Origin: Oopsacas minuta
Taxonomy: Eukaryota > Animalia > Porifera
DNA: 64,000 bases
Direction of reading: 5' to 3'
Assembly: GCA_024704765.1 (NCBI GenBank)
Contig: JAKMXF010000016.1
Coordinates: forward strand, 1 to 64,000
Shown here: positions 14,801 to 26,491 of the stretch, one piece after another
How positions within the stretch are numbered: the stretch's first letter is position 1
Layout: every line of letters starts with the position of its first letter
The notes under the pieces: generated by a model
What the model saw: the letters and a program-made list of their open reading frames with translations, nothing else
What the model was told of the DNA's origin: nothing
Database searches by the model: none
Translations under genes and position numbers: made by a program

Positions 14801-17800
14801 AGCTGATTCCTCGATCATCTTTGCCACAATCAAATCATTTTCTGTATTTGAAGTTACTGAAGCTATAGTCTCCCCATTCCTCGCACATGTTGCTTTAGCC
14901 TCATTCCAGTCTCCACCCCCACTCGTAGTTCTGTAGTTGAAACATTTCTCTCCATTATAGATACAATTACATCCTCCCGGAACTAAATGAATGAATTGTT
15001 ATATCTTTACTGAAAATTTCTTTATTGTTTACTCTTATAATATTCGATTAATTGGACCTATCACGCTATGTTTGATTATTGTAGTTAATATACCCTCGGA
15101 TAATTCTAATGATGAAGAGAGGGTTAAGTTTAAGTCGGACCAGACGGTGGTTTAAGATTTTTCAGTTCTAGAATCTCCCTCGAGCTTCGATTCAATATGA
15201 GTTGACTGTTCTCAGCTACCTGATGTACTAATCCCAGTGGTTATCGCTTATAAGAAGCAAAATATGTTCTTACAACCGGTATACATAATACAAGAGTATT
15301 TTAGAACAGTTCCCCAGAGGATGGTTTTTATATCCTATGTGTTTTATTTAGAATACCCACTGAAATAGGACAATGGCGATTACTATCAGGAAAGGCGGCG
15401 CAAACAGTCAGGCCGCATAGTCTCATATCAAATTTGACTTTAGAAATTTTAACATTTCTATGAATACACCAAATTACTCGTAAACACTTAACAAACAAAT
15501 GTGAAAATATGATTGATCATATTCTAAATCACTGAATGAGAGATTTGAAAATGTCATTATTGGTATCTACACATTCGATCACCCCTGACTAGAAGTTGAA
15601 ACGAAATCTCTAGCATCATTTTTGAAATATTACCAAAAAGTGTGAAAATAGAATTATACAGGCCAGCAAAAAATATTTTTGTTTCTGTTGCCTAAGATTT
15701 TAGATTGAATTTATACTATATTTGCTGTGCTGAGTTCGAAAATGACATGGCTTTGCTGAATTGACTTTGGTTTTAGTCCACATTTGTGTTTATATTGTTA
15801 TTTGTCATTTTCAAATGTATATTCAATGTAATCAATACTTTTATAATTATGAGTATCTAGCATATTCTAACTCTATGGCATCGTCAAGAAGAAAATGTTC
15901 TAATGATCCTAATACGTTCTGTTACATATGTGGTGAATATACGTTGAAAGATCAGAGAAGAGGTATCTCAGACTTCGTGTGAAATGCATACTTTGCTTAC
16001 TTTGAGGTGAAGCTTGAAGACAAAGACAAGCGATGGGCTCCGCATATTGTGTGTAAAACATGCAATGAATATCTAAGGCTGTGGACTAATGGCAAGAGGT
16101 AGAGCTTTAAGTTTGGCGTGCCTATGGTATAGAGAGAACAGAGGAATCATTATGATGATTGCTATTTTTGTATGGTCGATATGAAAGGATTTAATCGACA
16201 TAAGAAAGAATGTGGAGTTACCCTAATTTGGACTCTGCTAGGCGTCCTGTGCTTCACTGTGAGGAGGTTCCTCTGCCAAAATTTATTCCCTTCCGGACCT
16301 CTCAATAGATTGTGATGGAATAGATGAAGATTTGAACACAACATGTCATTGCAGTGAAAGTGAACTCGAGGTTAGCTCATCATCATCTGGTGAATTCAAT
16401 CAGGAAGAGCTCAATGATCTAATTAGGGATCTCAACTTGTCTAAAGAGCGTTCAGAAATTTTTGCATCCAAGCTCAACGAGAAGAATATTCATAGCCCTG
16501 GAACTAAGATGACATATTATCGTCATAGAGAAGAAGAATTACTTCATTACTTTAGCCAACAAGAAGGTTGGAGGCTCCAGCGAGATTGCTCTCTGATATC
16601 CCATAACAGAAAATCAAATAAGAGATGATTTTTAGATGTTCTTCAATAAACAAGTTTAGTATTCTTTGTAATATTATTACTTAAAATCAATTAATAGTTT
16701 TAACAATGATAAATGTATTTCATACGGAATAGCTGTAATGATAAAATCATACTTCCCAAATTTTCGGTTTGGCTGTTAATAGTTACATTCAAAAACTACA
16801 AATTTCAATAATTCAAATTCTACACTTGGAAGCATAAAAAGTTGAATGTCACGACTGAAACAACATGCCACTATTAATGTGAAGAAATTTATGTATAATA
16901 GGCTATGGTTCAGCTTAGGACTAATGCTATTGGCGGAATTTCTTAAGCCAAACGCCTTGGCCTAGGCTAAACCCGTTTTGCCTGAAAACGCATTTGTCCT
17001 GCAGCACATAAGTACATAGAGTCAATACTGGGTAGTGTATATGTAGCTCACTCTCAATTAAGACCTCTATACGAAAATACGCTAGCAAAACATTGCAATG
17101 GACTGTAAGAAAGTTTACACGAACAACAATTGAGATACAAACATACCAGAATATTCATTTGTGCTTGTCATTATTGCTGCATATGTTATACTTGTTCCCC
17201 CATCCTCAGTGACATCACAGCTGTAGTAACCTGGCTGAGTAGTGTACACTTGTATAGTACTAACTCCTGTACTAGCATCAGTTGTCGTTGTAGAAGTGAG
17301 ATCAGTACTGATACCAGCTAGATCTACATAACTCCACATCACTTCTGGTGTGTTCATATTCTCTGTGACACAGTAGAGAGTAGTATCTGTTATTAGGATA
17401 GCATTGTCTGCTAGTGCTGATGGTATGGAAGCAATTATTTCTCCAAATGTGTTCACTAAGGAAATATTGTAATATATGAATGCATGCTATCGAATGTGAA
17501 TCATATCTCAAGGATTTTCCAGATTTGTAAAAATCTAAAGTAATAAGTTTCTATATGAATAAGAATCAATTTTTCTGAAATATCATTGCAATGTTTAAAG
17601 AGCTATGTTTATACAATACAAAGTATATTTATCTAACTATGCTCTTACCGTGAGTACTACAGAAGTAGCACTGCAGAATGTTTGTGCATGCAAAATCATT
17701 CCACTTTGCATTTCCATAAGTGTGTACACAATCTTCATTACCATAGTTATCGGGTTCCCCAGAGGCCCAATTCCTATGTGTACTATCACTACCATCAGCC

Positions 17801-19495
17801 CAAATATATGTCCCTTCAGCATTTATGTCATTTAGTCCTATCCAACACCAAACAGTTGAATCAGTTAATGTACCATACATCAATGCATTCTCTTCTGTGG
17901 ATGTCACTGTAGCTAGGTCGTAACCACCTACAACACACTGTACTCTAGCATCTGCCCAGTTAACACCAGTGCTTGTGAAATAACTAAAACATGTCCCTTC
18001 ATTTGATATTGCATCACAACCAGTTGTTGGCACTACAGTTTACCATGAATAACCGTATTATAGGAAGACAATTTCCATATATCATTACATTTATCACGAT
18101 AGGACAACAGACAACAATTAGATACAAACATACCTGTATACTTGTTAGTATCTGCCATTATTGCTGTATATGTTCTACTTGTTCCTCCATCCTCAGTGAC
18201 ATCACAGCTGTAGTAACCTGGCTGAGTAGTGTACACTTGTATAGTACTAACTCCTGTGCTAGCATCAGTTGTCGTTGTAGAAGTGAGATCAGTACTGATA
18301 CCAGCTAGATCTACATAACTCCACATCACTTCTGGTGTGTTCATATTCTCTGTGACACAGTAGACAGTAGTATCTGTTATTAGGATAGCATTGTCTGCTA
18401 GTGCTGATGGTGCGGAAGCAATTATTTCTCCAAATGTGTTCACTAAGGAAATATTGTAATATATGATTGTATGCTATGGGAAAGTGAATCATATTTCAAG
18501 GATTGTACAGATTTGTAAGAAATCTAAAGTTATACGTTTCTATAAGAATAAGAATCTATTTTCAGAAAGATCATTGTAATGTTTCAGGAGCTATGTTTAT
18601 ACAATACAAAGTATATTTATCTAACTATACTCTTACCGTGAGTACTACAGAAATAGCACGTCAGACTGTTTGTGCAGCTAAGATCATTCCATTCTGGAGT
18701 TGCAAAAGTGTGTACACAATCTTGATTACCAAGGTTTGTGGGTTCACTAGGGAACCAATTCGTATATGTACTATTACTACCATCAGCCCAAATATATGTC
18801 CCTTCTGCATTTATGTCATTTAGTCCTATCCAACACCAAACAGTTGAATCAGTTAATGTACCATACATCAATGCATTCTCTGCTGTGGATGTCACTGTAG
18901 CTAGGTCGTAACCACCTACAACACACTGTACTCTAGCTTCTGCCCAGTTAACACCTGAGCCCCTGAAATTTCTGAAGCATGTGTTTTCGATAGAAATCGC
19001 GTTACAACCATTTGTTGGCACTACAATACAAATACATTTATGATTTATTCTTTAGCACTACATATACAACGAACACATTTTTGTCTTGAACAAAATTGTT
19101 TGTATCAATTTACTTTTGTATTATTGGATGGGAACACTTGCAGTGATTTCGCATCCCAGAGCAAAGGGTTTTCCAACATTCTCACAGTACTCTTAAACGA
19201 GAATTGTATGATTTAGGATACAGGATCCCAACTAGAACATCAGTAACAATTTAAGAGGCTAACGATGCATACTGCATAATTCACTAAATTGACACCTGTT
19301 ACACTAATGTGATGCAAAAATGGGGCGTTGGCTGCGCACTCTGCATACACTCCGCCTCCCCTTGTTAGCGTACCGTGATGTTTAAACGGCCCCTAATGAT
19401 ATATTTCTAACTACATTATACTTACCTTGTAAATATACAGGTGCTAGCTGAAGAAGCAGAATTACCAAGAATACAAATATAATATATATTTTCAT
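2894..19495 (-). CDS. Type I membrane receptor: signal peptide, (CTL-IgA)x2, CTL, IgA, IgA, CTL, (IgA-IgB-IgC)x6, FN3, TM, short tail; 28 exons, about 2747 aa
   Basis: Exons read from GT/AG sites: SP 19495-19426; CTL1 19020-18637; A 18442-18134; CTL2 18032-17649; A 17455-17147; CTL3 14982-14593; A 13096-12788; A 12588-12286; CTL4 11844-11470; A/B/C 11393-11091, 10888-10640, 10501-10232; 10175-9870, 9792-9544, 8962-8702; 8483-8181, 7903-7667, 7529-7260; 7200-6892, 6805-6557, 6450-6181; 5504-5238, 5127-4879, 4816-4547; 4471-4175, 4116-3862, 3771-3496; FN3-TM-tail 3414-2894. All internal exons are multiples of 3 and phase 1, with no in-frame stops found. CTL motifs: WIGLND, WND, C..C. Ig motifs: C..W..GYYSC. 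TM: FLIAIIVLLLLIIIGLFITACLSAFCV. Confidence 0.85.
5645..6097. mobile_element. hAT-type MITE in intron
   Basis: Degenerate TIRs cggggccggatttacc / ggtaaatatggcactg; flanks ccagtggg / gcagtggg (7/8 match, 8-bp TSD). Confidence 0.6.
8523..8644. mobile_element. hAT-type MITE (122 bp) in intron
   Basis: TIRs cagcggttcccaacct / aggttgggaatcgctg; flanks ctctaatg / ctttaatg (7/8 match). Confidence 0.75.
13690..14065. mobile_element. Non-autonomous element with subterminal inverted repeats
   Basis: agtcagaatatccttagttgtcacaagtc is inverted to gacttgtgacaacctagaaattctgact. The internal sequence recurs at about 55170-55430. Confidence 0.5.
15875..16628 (+). mobile_element. Chapaev-like (CMC) transposase N-terminal remnant in receptor intron
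   Basis: Across stops and frameshifts it reads MASSRRKCSNDPNTFCYICGEY...WAPHIVCKTCNEYL...WREQRNHYDDCYFC...FNQEELNDLIRDLNLSKERSE, the Cys/His Chapa-domain pattern as recalled. The catalytic half is missing and no TIR pair was identified. Confidence 0.6.
17125..19026 (-). repeat. Tandem duplication of an Ig exon + CTL exon unit (period 987-988 bp)
   Basis: 17147-17455 matches 18134-18442 and 17649-18032 matches 18637-19020; the intervening introns also align. Confidence 0.95.
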
Positions 19496-20319
19496 ATCAC
19501 AATGACAAAAATGTCAGATAATATTGATGTATAATAAATGTGATAAGAATTGATGAAATTCTTATCATTGATTGGCTTTATACTTTCGCTGATAAAACTA
19601 CATCACAGGTTAAGAAGGAACAAATACATTTATTCAAATTCATAATATGTTGAGATTTGATGTATCAAATAGTTTGTGTTGGATTAATATTTGGATAATA
19701 TCCTCATTGAACAAAATAGATATCCTCAGTAATGATATATACATATTCAAATTCGTACTTAGTTGCTAAAATGCTTTTAGAATCGCTAATTGAACTTTGC
19801 GGATGCAAATTATAGTACGTACGCAGACTTGTGAATCTTAGGAATTAGAATAGGGCAAATTTTCCAACTAATCTATTACTTACTAGTGAAGGCATGAATA
19901 CTATGCCCGTATGTACATACAAGGTTGTTTGTGGCTATGCCATGAAAGAAATGTATTTTTAGTAATATATGCCATGAACAGAACGTCACACTACAGGGTA
20001 ATGTTTCTAATTGCTACAATTATGTTGTTAAATATGTTCTTTTTGTCATCTCATGATATTCCTGTAGATCATCATCATTTTCATCGCCATAACGAAAGAA
20101 TATGCACGTAATATAAGCATTCTGCAATGCCAAATTAGTATGGTTTTGGCTTCCTACAATATAAATGAAAAATAGTGAAACTTTCTCAATTCTTGACCGA
20201 TTGTTGCGTTCTTTTCACCTATCTTCATTATTTTCCAAATACTGCCACACTACAATAACCACATCTTCATTAAAAACTTTTCAACAAGGTGTGCATTAGT
20301 ATAGTGACCGTAAATATAT

Positions 20320-21480
20320 AGAGGGTGTAACAAAAGTGTTGCCCCTTCTAATAATCCATTGCCTGAATGTCTGAATATATAATACTCAACCTTAATAATT
20401 TTATCAGATTAACTGATTTTTGTTGTAAACCTAACAATTCTCAACTATTTCTAATACAGTTAAATTCAAAATATTTCTTTCTCATATTTTTCATCCAGAT
20501 TTCTTAAAATCACGAGCCTTCGTCTAGTCGCTTCGCCGGCGCATTGCGACTCGAGGTATTCAACCGACAAACAAACAGACAAACTTTGGCGAATTTGTTT
20601 ACTTGATATTCATAAAAACAACAATAAATTTACATATGATTAATCCAATAGTATGAAATCGGATTCAGCATGTTTGATATGTTTAGTGAAGTTTTGTTGA
20701 ATTCTATTTACTCCCTTGATAAACACGATAAATACATAGTTCTGATACAATTTCAAAATTGCATACCGTAAATTCTTTCCTTCACAACGGACAGACAGAC
20801 AGACAACAATTGTGATTTAATAATATAGATTATCTGTGTAAAGAATGGATGTGACCACAGTTTAGAGATTAGCTCCGAAGCAATAGAGATGCTAAAGAGT
20901 GGTATTACACAGCAAAAGGTAGCTCTCGATCTGGAGGTTTCGGTATGATCTATCAAGAGGTTTTGGAGTACCTATAAAAAGGGAAAAGTCTCGAGACCAA
21001 GACCCGTTCTGGCAGGCCGCCGATTTTGAATCGGGTCCAGAAAATTATTATCTCCAAAACTTTAGGTAAAGAGAGCAATCAACTCGCAAGATCGCATAGA
21101 AGTTAAATAAAAGTAATGACCCTGTCTCTCACATGACAATCTATCGGAATTTGAGTGATTCTGTTGGTGCATCAGCGTTTATCAACAAATAGCATTCAAG
21201 ACCGACTATATTTTTCCAAGAAACATCAAAATTAAGGGTGAAAGACTGGAAAGGGGTTCTTTGGCCTGATGAGTCTCCCTTTGAGTTGTACACAACACCC
21301 AATCGGCATTATGATCGAATTTGGGCTAAAACAACCAGCCAAAGATGTTCCACGCACCTTGTCAGTGAAATTTCCTCAAACAATACAGGTGTGGGATTTA
21401 TGTCCCATCGAGCACTCTCTGGGCTCCACATGATTCCGCAGGTGACAGACTATAAATTCGTTATATTTCAGGAATGAAAT
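20320..21480 (+). mobile_element. Tc1/mariner transposase remnant
   Basis: Decayed frames give GITQQKVALDLEVS (HTH), SGRPPIL and DWKGVLWPDESPFELY (first catalytic Asp motif). A TIR-like tagagggtgtaacaaaagtgttgcc lies at about 20320. Confidence 0.7.
20510..20810 (-). mobile_element. Copy of dispersed Helitron/DINE-like non-autonomous family
   Basis: Reverse-strand match to the family at 47495-47830 (hairpin acgagcc..ggctcgt, gcgaagcga, TGTC/TTTG microsatellite, tatcgtgtttatcaagg core). Confidence 0.55.
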
Positions 21481-21850
21481 ATTAGCCAAGACTTGTAGAC
21501 ATGCCATCAATCGTAATAATATAGCTTCAATGATCTACCAAATTAATTTGGTAAAGTTTCAGTCGGCATAGACTGAAATTTCATATTTTGTTATTTTTTT
21601 GCAAATTATGCAAAAAGTGTACTAAGAAAGAACTTTCAACCACATTCCTTACAGTAGTATCCTAGCTACTAGACACAATAACATACAACCTGCATAACCT
21701 CGTGATTATTCTGCAATATTATACTCATATCTTCTAATTATTATTGTTTGTTTTATTGTTCAAAACTAAATAATATTACAGCTCTAAATACACAAGATTA
21801 TCCCTAGCAACCAATCCATAACTAAACTATTCAAAATTTTCACTATCAAA

Positions 21851-22165
21851 ATGGCAGGACGGTACCCAATCGGCCCACAAGTCGTAGACCCCATAGAGAC
21901 ACACCAATTACACCACAGATTATGCTAAATTCCAAACTTCCACTGTTGTTACTGGGAAGAAAGGTTCAGGTCCTAGCGAGTTGAATATATTCCATCAAGT
22001 GTAGCTATACGTGAAGATACACACCAAATATTTGTAGCTAATTCCGGCAATGACAGAGTAGATATATTCTCTGATACAGGAGAGTACCACAATCAGTTGG
22101 GTGTAGGACAGCTGATTAATCCATGGGGTATTGCTATACACAGAGAGAATGTGTATGTCAGCTGC
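21851..22165 (+). pseudogene. 5' fragment of an NHL-repeat gene
   Basis: MAGRYPIGPQVVDPIET resembles the N-terminus of the 57825 NHL gene (APVIAPVDPIET); followed by IFVANSGNDRVDIFSDTGE and GQLINPWGIAIHRENVYVS. Confidence 0.65.
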
Positions 22166-23525
22166 AACAAACAGCTGGAGGAAGATCTAGCCAGCTGGTA
22201 CTTAACGTGATGGATGTTGTGCATACTTCTTCTAAGCTGGAGAGAAGGCGATTGGCTGCCAGGAACCAACCAAATAAGGGCATACAGCACTTCACTAGAG
22301 AGAATAAACAGATGTTAGAAGGGTATGAGAATTTGTTCTATCTTTTACAGACTAATCCTTATCTTTGAAATGCCAAGCGGAAAACTACCGCATTCATGCA
22401 GGACGTGATTCTAACCGTGCGCTTCAACTAATAGGGAACAATTCCTACTGTTACGGTTGTATAAGACAGCTCTGCTTAAAGGAGTAGAATCTAAAGGGGG
22501 AAGGATTGATAACGTCATGACGGGAATTCTACTGTCATAAAGCTCATAATATGATTCACATCATCGGATGGATTATCAACTGCATTCTCTTAAACTTATC
22601 CTTGGTCCGTTAGTTAAAAATGTACTTCAATCAGAGGATAGAATCAGTTTGAATGCTGTGGACATCTACAAGGCCTGGCTGTCTCAAACAGAAATAGATA
22701 AGGGAGAATCGACGACCAAGCTCCCCTATGAAGTCTCAATTGTACAGGATTGGACCACTCAGAGATGAGAAATAGACTCCAAGAGGCCATAGAGATCGTT
22801 AAGAACTCAGCTGACGAATTCATGGATGCTATATTCAGTAATGTTAATAATCCGGCTTATGGATTGAGGTACATGGCTTATAAACTCAAAGAATTCTTAG
22901 AGAACAAATTCCCATCAGGTGATCGAGAAGATATCAGTAAAGTTATAGGAAATCTAGTATACTACAGATTCTTGAATCCTGCTATAGCTACTCCGGATGC
23001 TTTTGAGATTGTAGAGCTAGAAGCCGGAGAGAGTCTAGAGAACGAGTAGAGAAAGAAGCTAGGAAGTATAGCATGTATCCTACAGCATGCTACTTCTTGG
23101 AAGCTATTCGAGGGCGAATACAACTGTCTAGATGATCTGAACCTTATTAACAGTTACGGAAGGTTCATGGAGTTCTTCCAATCAGCTGATGTTTGTACCG
23201 CAGAAGAGAAGTTTGGTATCACTGAGTACTCAGATATAGTCGTGCTTTCTCGAATGGTTATAATTTCTACTCATGAGCTATTATTAGCACATCTTAACGC
23301 TATCACAGAGGATAATGATCCTCTCAGAGAGGTGTTAAAGGAACTAGGGATATACGAGACCTCTTGGGAGATATAGACGAAAAGAAAATACCCGCGACGG
23401 AGACGGAGGAGAGATGAATCGAACTAGGGAGACAAGAAATATTGCTAACACTCATAAACAAATTCGAGAACATTCCAAAGGACAATCAGTCTCTAGATAC
23501 GAACGCTAAGTTCCTGGAGACAAAT
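22166..23525 (+). pseudogene. IQGAP: IQGAP RasGAP-related domain, intronless processed fragment
   Basis: NKQLEEDL, YENLFYLLQTNPYL, YGLRYMAYKLKE, VIGNLVYYRFLNPAIATPDAFEIV and LLTLINKFE match the IQGAP GRD as recalled; many stops and frameshifts. Confidence 0.85.
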
Positions 23526-23727
23526 TTTCGTAATAATCAATTATCTTACTAAATTTGCAAATATCATTGAAAAACAGTCATTGGAGGAAGTGGCTATTAA
23601 CTCACAAATATCTGATCCAAGTACAATTAAATCGGATATTATACATGGGGAATTATGAGGATATTATACAGGGGGAATTATGAGGAGATTCTCCTGCCCT
23701 ACTTATAGAGGCACTACTGTACACTAC

Positions 23728-24153
23728 CAGTGGCGTATCCATTGGGGGGATTTGGGTGTTCAAACACCCTCCTCATTTCTGGTATCCAAAAGGGACATGT
23801 TGTATTTATAATTTGATTTTCCTTAATATTTACATCATGCTATCCAATTTTCACAATTATTTTTCAACGAGTTTTCCAAACAATATCCCAGAAGACTCCA
23901 GCTGACTAATGTATTAGCAGACTAAATTTGTATTTACTAAATAGTATTAATGAAATTATGTAACAAAATTATTATGTTATCTAAACATAAACATCTAAAC
24001 AACTTTGGTACAAATGTACAATACATTCCTCCTACTATGTGACAAGAATAGCTATACATCGATGTTTGAGCGTCTAAGATTCAAAAGTTTTTCTGGAGGA
24101 CTTGCCCACAGCCACCCCCTTACCCCCTCACGATAATTCTAGATACCCCATTG
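23728..24153. mobile_element. Probable hAT-like MITE
   Basis: Left end cagtggcgtatcca and degenerate right end tagataccccattg; no TSD seen. Confidence 0.4.
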
Positions 24154-24199
24154 ACTATAATAAGATTACATGAATACATAACACAAATGTATACTCAAA

Positions 24200-24457
24200 T
24201 TATAACATAGGTAATGGAGGATGTCCTAGTCTTAAAAATTCTATTTTCCTGGCCATATGAATTCCATAAGTCTTAGTTCGTAACTCATAAGCTATTCTCC
24301 TTCTACGAACGGTTGGTTTCTCATAGAACTTCCTCTCTCTCATTTTCTGATAGGTTCCCTCGCTTTCAATTACAGAATGTAGTGCTTTAAGATATTGGAT
24401 AGGATTAGAGTTACCGACATAAGCCATACGGTTAACTATGTGAATTCCTTTAGACAT
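24200..24457 (-). CDS. MRPS21: Mitochondrial ribosomal protein S21
   Basis: 85 aa with RERKFYEKPTVRRRRIAYE and MARKIEFL, the bS21m signature. Confidence 0.85.
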   Translation of the reverse strand: MSKGIHIVNRMAYVGNSNPIQYLKALHSVIESEGTYQKMRERKFYEKPTVRRRRIAYELRTKTYGIHMARKIEFLRLGHPPLPML

Positions 24458-25576
24458 ATTGGTTGCTAAGTGGGATGTCTAAAGAGCAAAATATTGGAGA
24501 ATTCATAAAAAGATATTTCGGGACTATTTTAACCTACACACTATATTAGAATCTGCTTAATCACCTAACTTAGCCAGAAACAGAACCACATAAATGGTGT
24601 TACATCCGGTTAATCAGTCCAAAATAGTCTGGTACAGGAGTAACACTCTTAAGCGGTGATTACATTAAGTAGAATCATAAGATAATTTTCATATTCGATA
24701 ATCCCATATTTTTATGGCGTTTTAGAACAGTACTCGCTCTGATAATAATCTTCTGGATAAATTTGATTCAGACTCAATGTATATCAATAATATCAAAGTA
24801 GGATTTTTCAAAAACAAAATGTTCATAAGAATGGAATTGTTAGCATAAATTATGAAAGGAAAATGATAACTAATCGCTAAATTCGAAGCCATATGAGACC
24901 CTATAGAGATATGAAATTGCTGAATCATCACATTTGTTGAAAATTTACATGTTTTGGAACATTTTGTATTAAAAAAATTTTCTCATCGAAAAAATTTTCA
25001 GTGACATGTGTATTATGATTCTCCTTAAGTAGAGTTTATGGAAACGGTTGATGAAGTAGAAATGTTTCATTTGTCTATTACTTTACATTAGGGATGAAGA
25101 CAAAATAATTAAAGTTAATATTTTGTCAGAAATGGTTATTGGAATTTTGACCATGGATAGTGGATTTTATGTTTTAGAGAAATTCCGAAAAAAATGTCTG
25201 AACAACATTCAAGCAGAAATAAGAAATCCGCCATCCATGGTTAAATATTGAATAAGCATATACAGTGTCCATTTCTGTCATTACAGTACTTACAACCTAA
25301 AAGCCTACTTATTTACAATTAAATGCCTTTTCCACGACCAAAAATATAGAAAAATCTCAAATCACCGTTTGTGCGGACTAAAATTTGCCAAATTAATTCC
25401 AGTGGATAATTGAAATTACATTATTCTACTAAATATAGATTTTAGCAAAGAAAAATAAAATTGTATTTACTAATCTTGTTAGATATTTAAAATATTAAAA
25501 TCGAATTCTACGTCCCTGTTAACCCCCATTTAACAAGTGGAAGCTAATCTCTAGGATAATTTTGAAATGTTCCTTG

Positions 25577-26230
25577 GGGTGCTGCATTTTGTCAGAATTT
25601 TGAAGTTGTCATTTGTCAAAATTTCGAGTTCTGACTTTGTCAGAATGGTTTTTACTGTGCTCTGATTTGGGAGAATCAATTTTGCATTTTGGTTTCTTAC
25701 TTAAATGTCAATCAATACTATATGACTCAAAATAAATAACTATGAGAAGATAGGACGGGATCATGACGGGATATTTCTGGGATTAGCTATAAATTTGGTT
25801 ATATGTGTGTAGTTGATCGGGGATTTGAATATTACTATATAGTGATCGAATGTTTTTCTTCTGGTAGTTATATCACGGTCTGGAGTGTGAGATATGACCT
25901 TGTAAATGAAGGAAAAGACGAAATAGGGTTTTTAACTATCATTATTGTTGTTGGAACCGACTGTAATTGTGTCTAGGTGTTTTTATCTATGGAGAAATTG
26001 GGACCAGGGATGTTTTGAATTTTAGCTCGGTTCTAATACGGTTCTTTGTTTTATGGAAAAACAATCTTTTCCAAAACAACAAACAACTAAATAGTGTCGA
26101 AACTAAATGCAAAATTAATTCTCCCAAATCGGAACACAATTAGCTCGATAAGAACCATTTTGGCAAAGTCAAAACTCGAGATCCTAACAAATGATAACTT
26201 AAGAATTCTGACAAACGCAGGCGCCCTGTT
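25577..26230. mobile_element. MITE with long (about 120 bp) imperfect TIRs
   Basis: gggtgctgcattttgtcagaattttgaagttgtcatttgtc...ttgggagaatcaattttgcattt at 25577-25700 is inverted at about 26095-26230. Confidence 0.65.
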
Positions 26231-26491
26231 CCTTTTGAATAGATATACGAAACCCAACATAACATCCATGGTTGGTTAAATATCTGACAAGTGGGACCAT
26301 TTCTGTCACAACGATACGTCACAAATACTGAGATAATGATAATAAAATTCCTCCTGCCCGTACGCATGTTCCTGCGGAGCTGAAACAAATCTCTCATTAA
26401 CAGTGATAATAAATTAAATCATTGATAGAATTAGATGAATAAGAAAGTAAGTACATTAATTCACAATTCATCAGCTGGGTGATTATTCTAA

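Noticed and set aside
17130-18823. Plus-strand ORFs overlapping the duplicated CTL/Ig exons
   Set aside because: Antisense shadows of real minus-strand exons, duplicated along with them.
2894-19495. Idea that the RAG1L element rearranges the Ig/CTL exons in a V(D)J-like way
   Set aside because: I saw no CACAGTG heptamer plus TGGAAATAG signals flanking the receptor exons. The exons are joined by ordinary splice sites in one ORF, and the transposase copy here is frameshifted.
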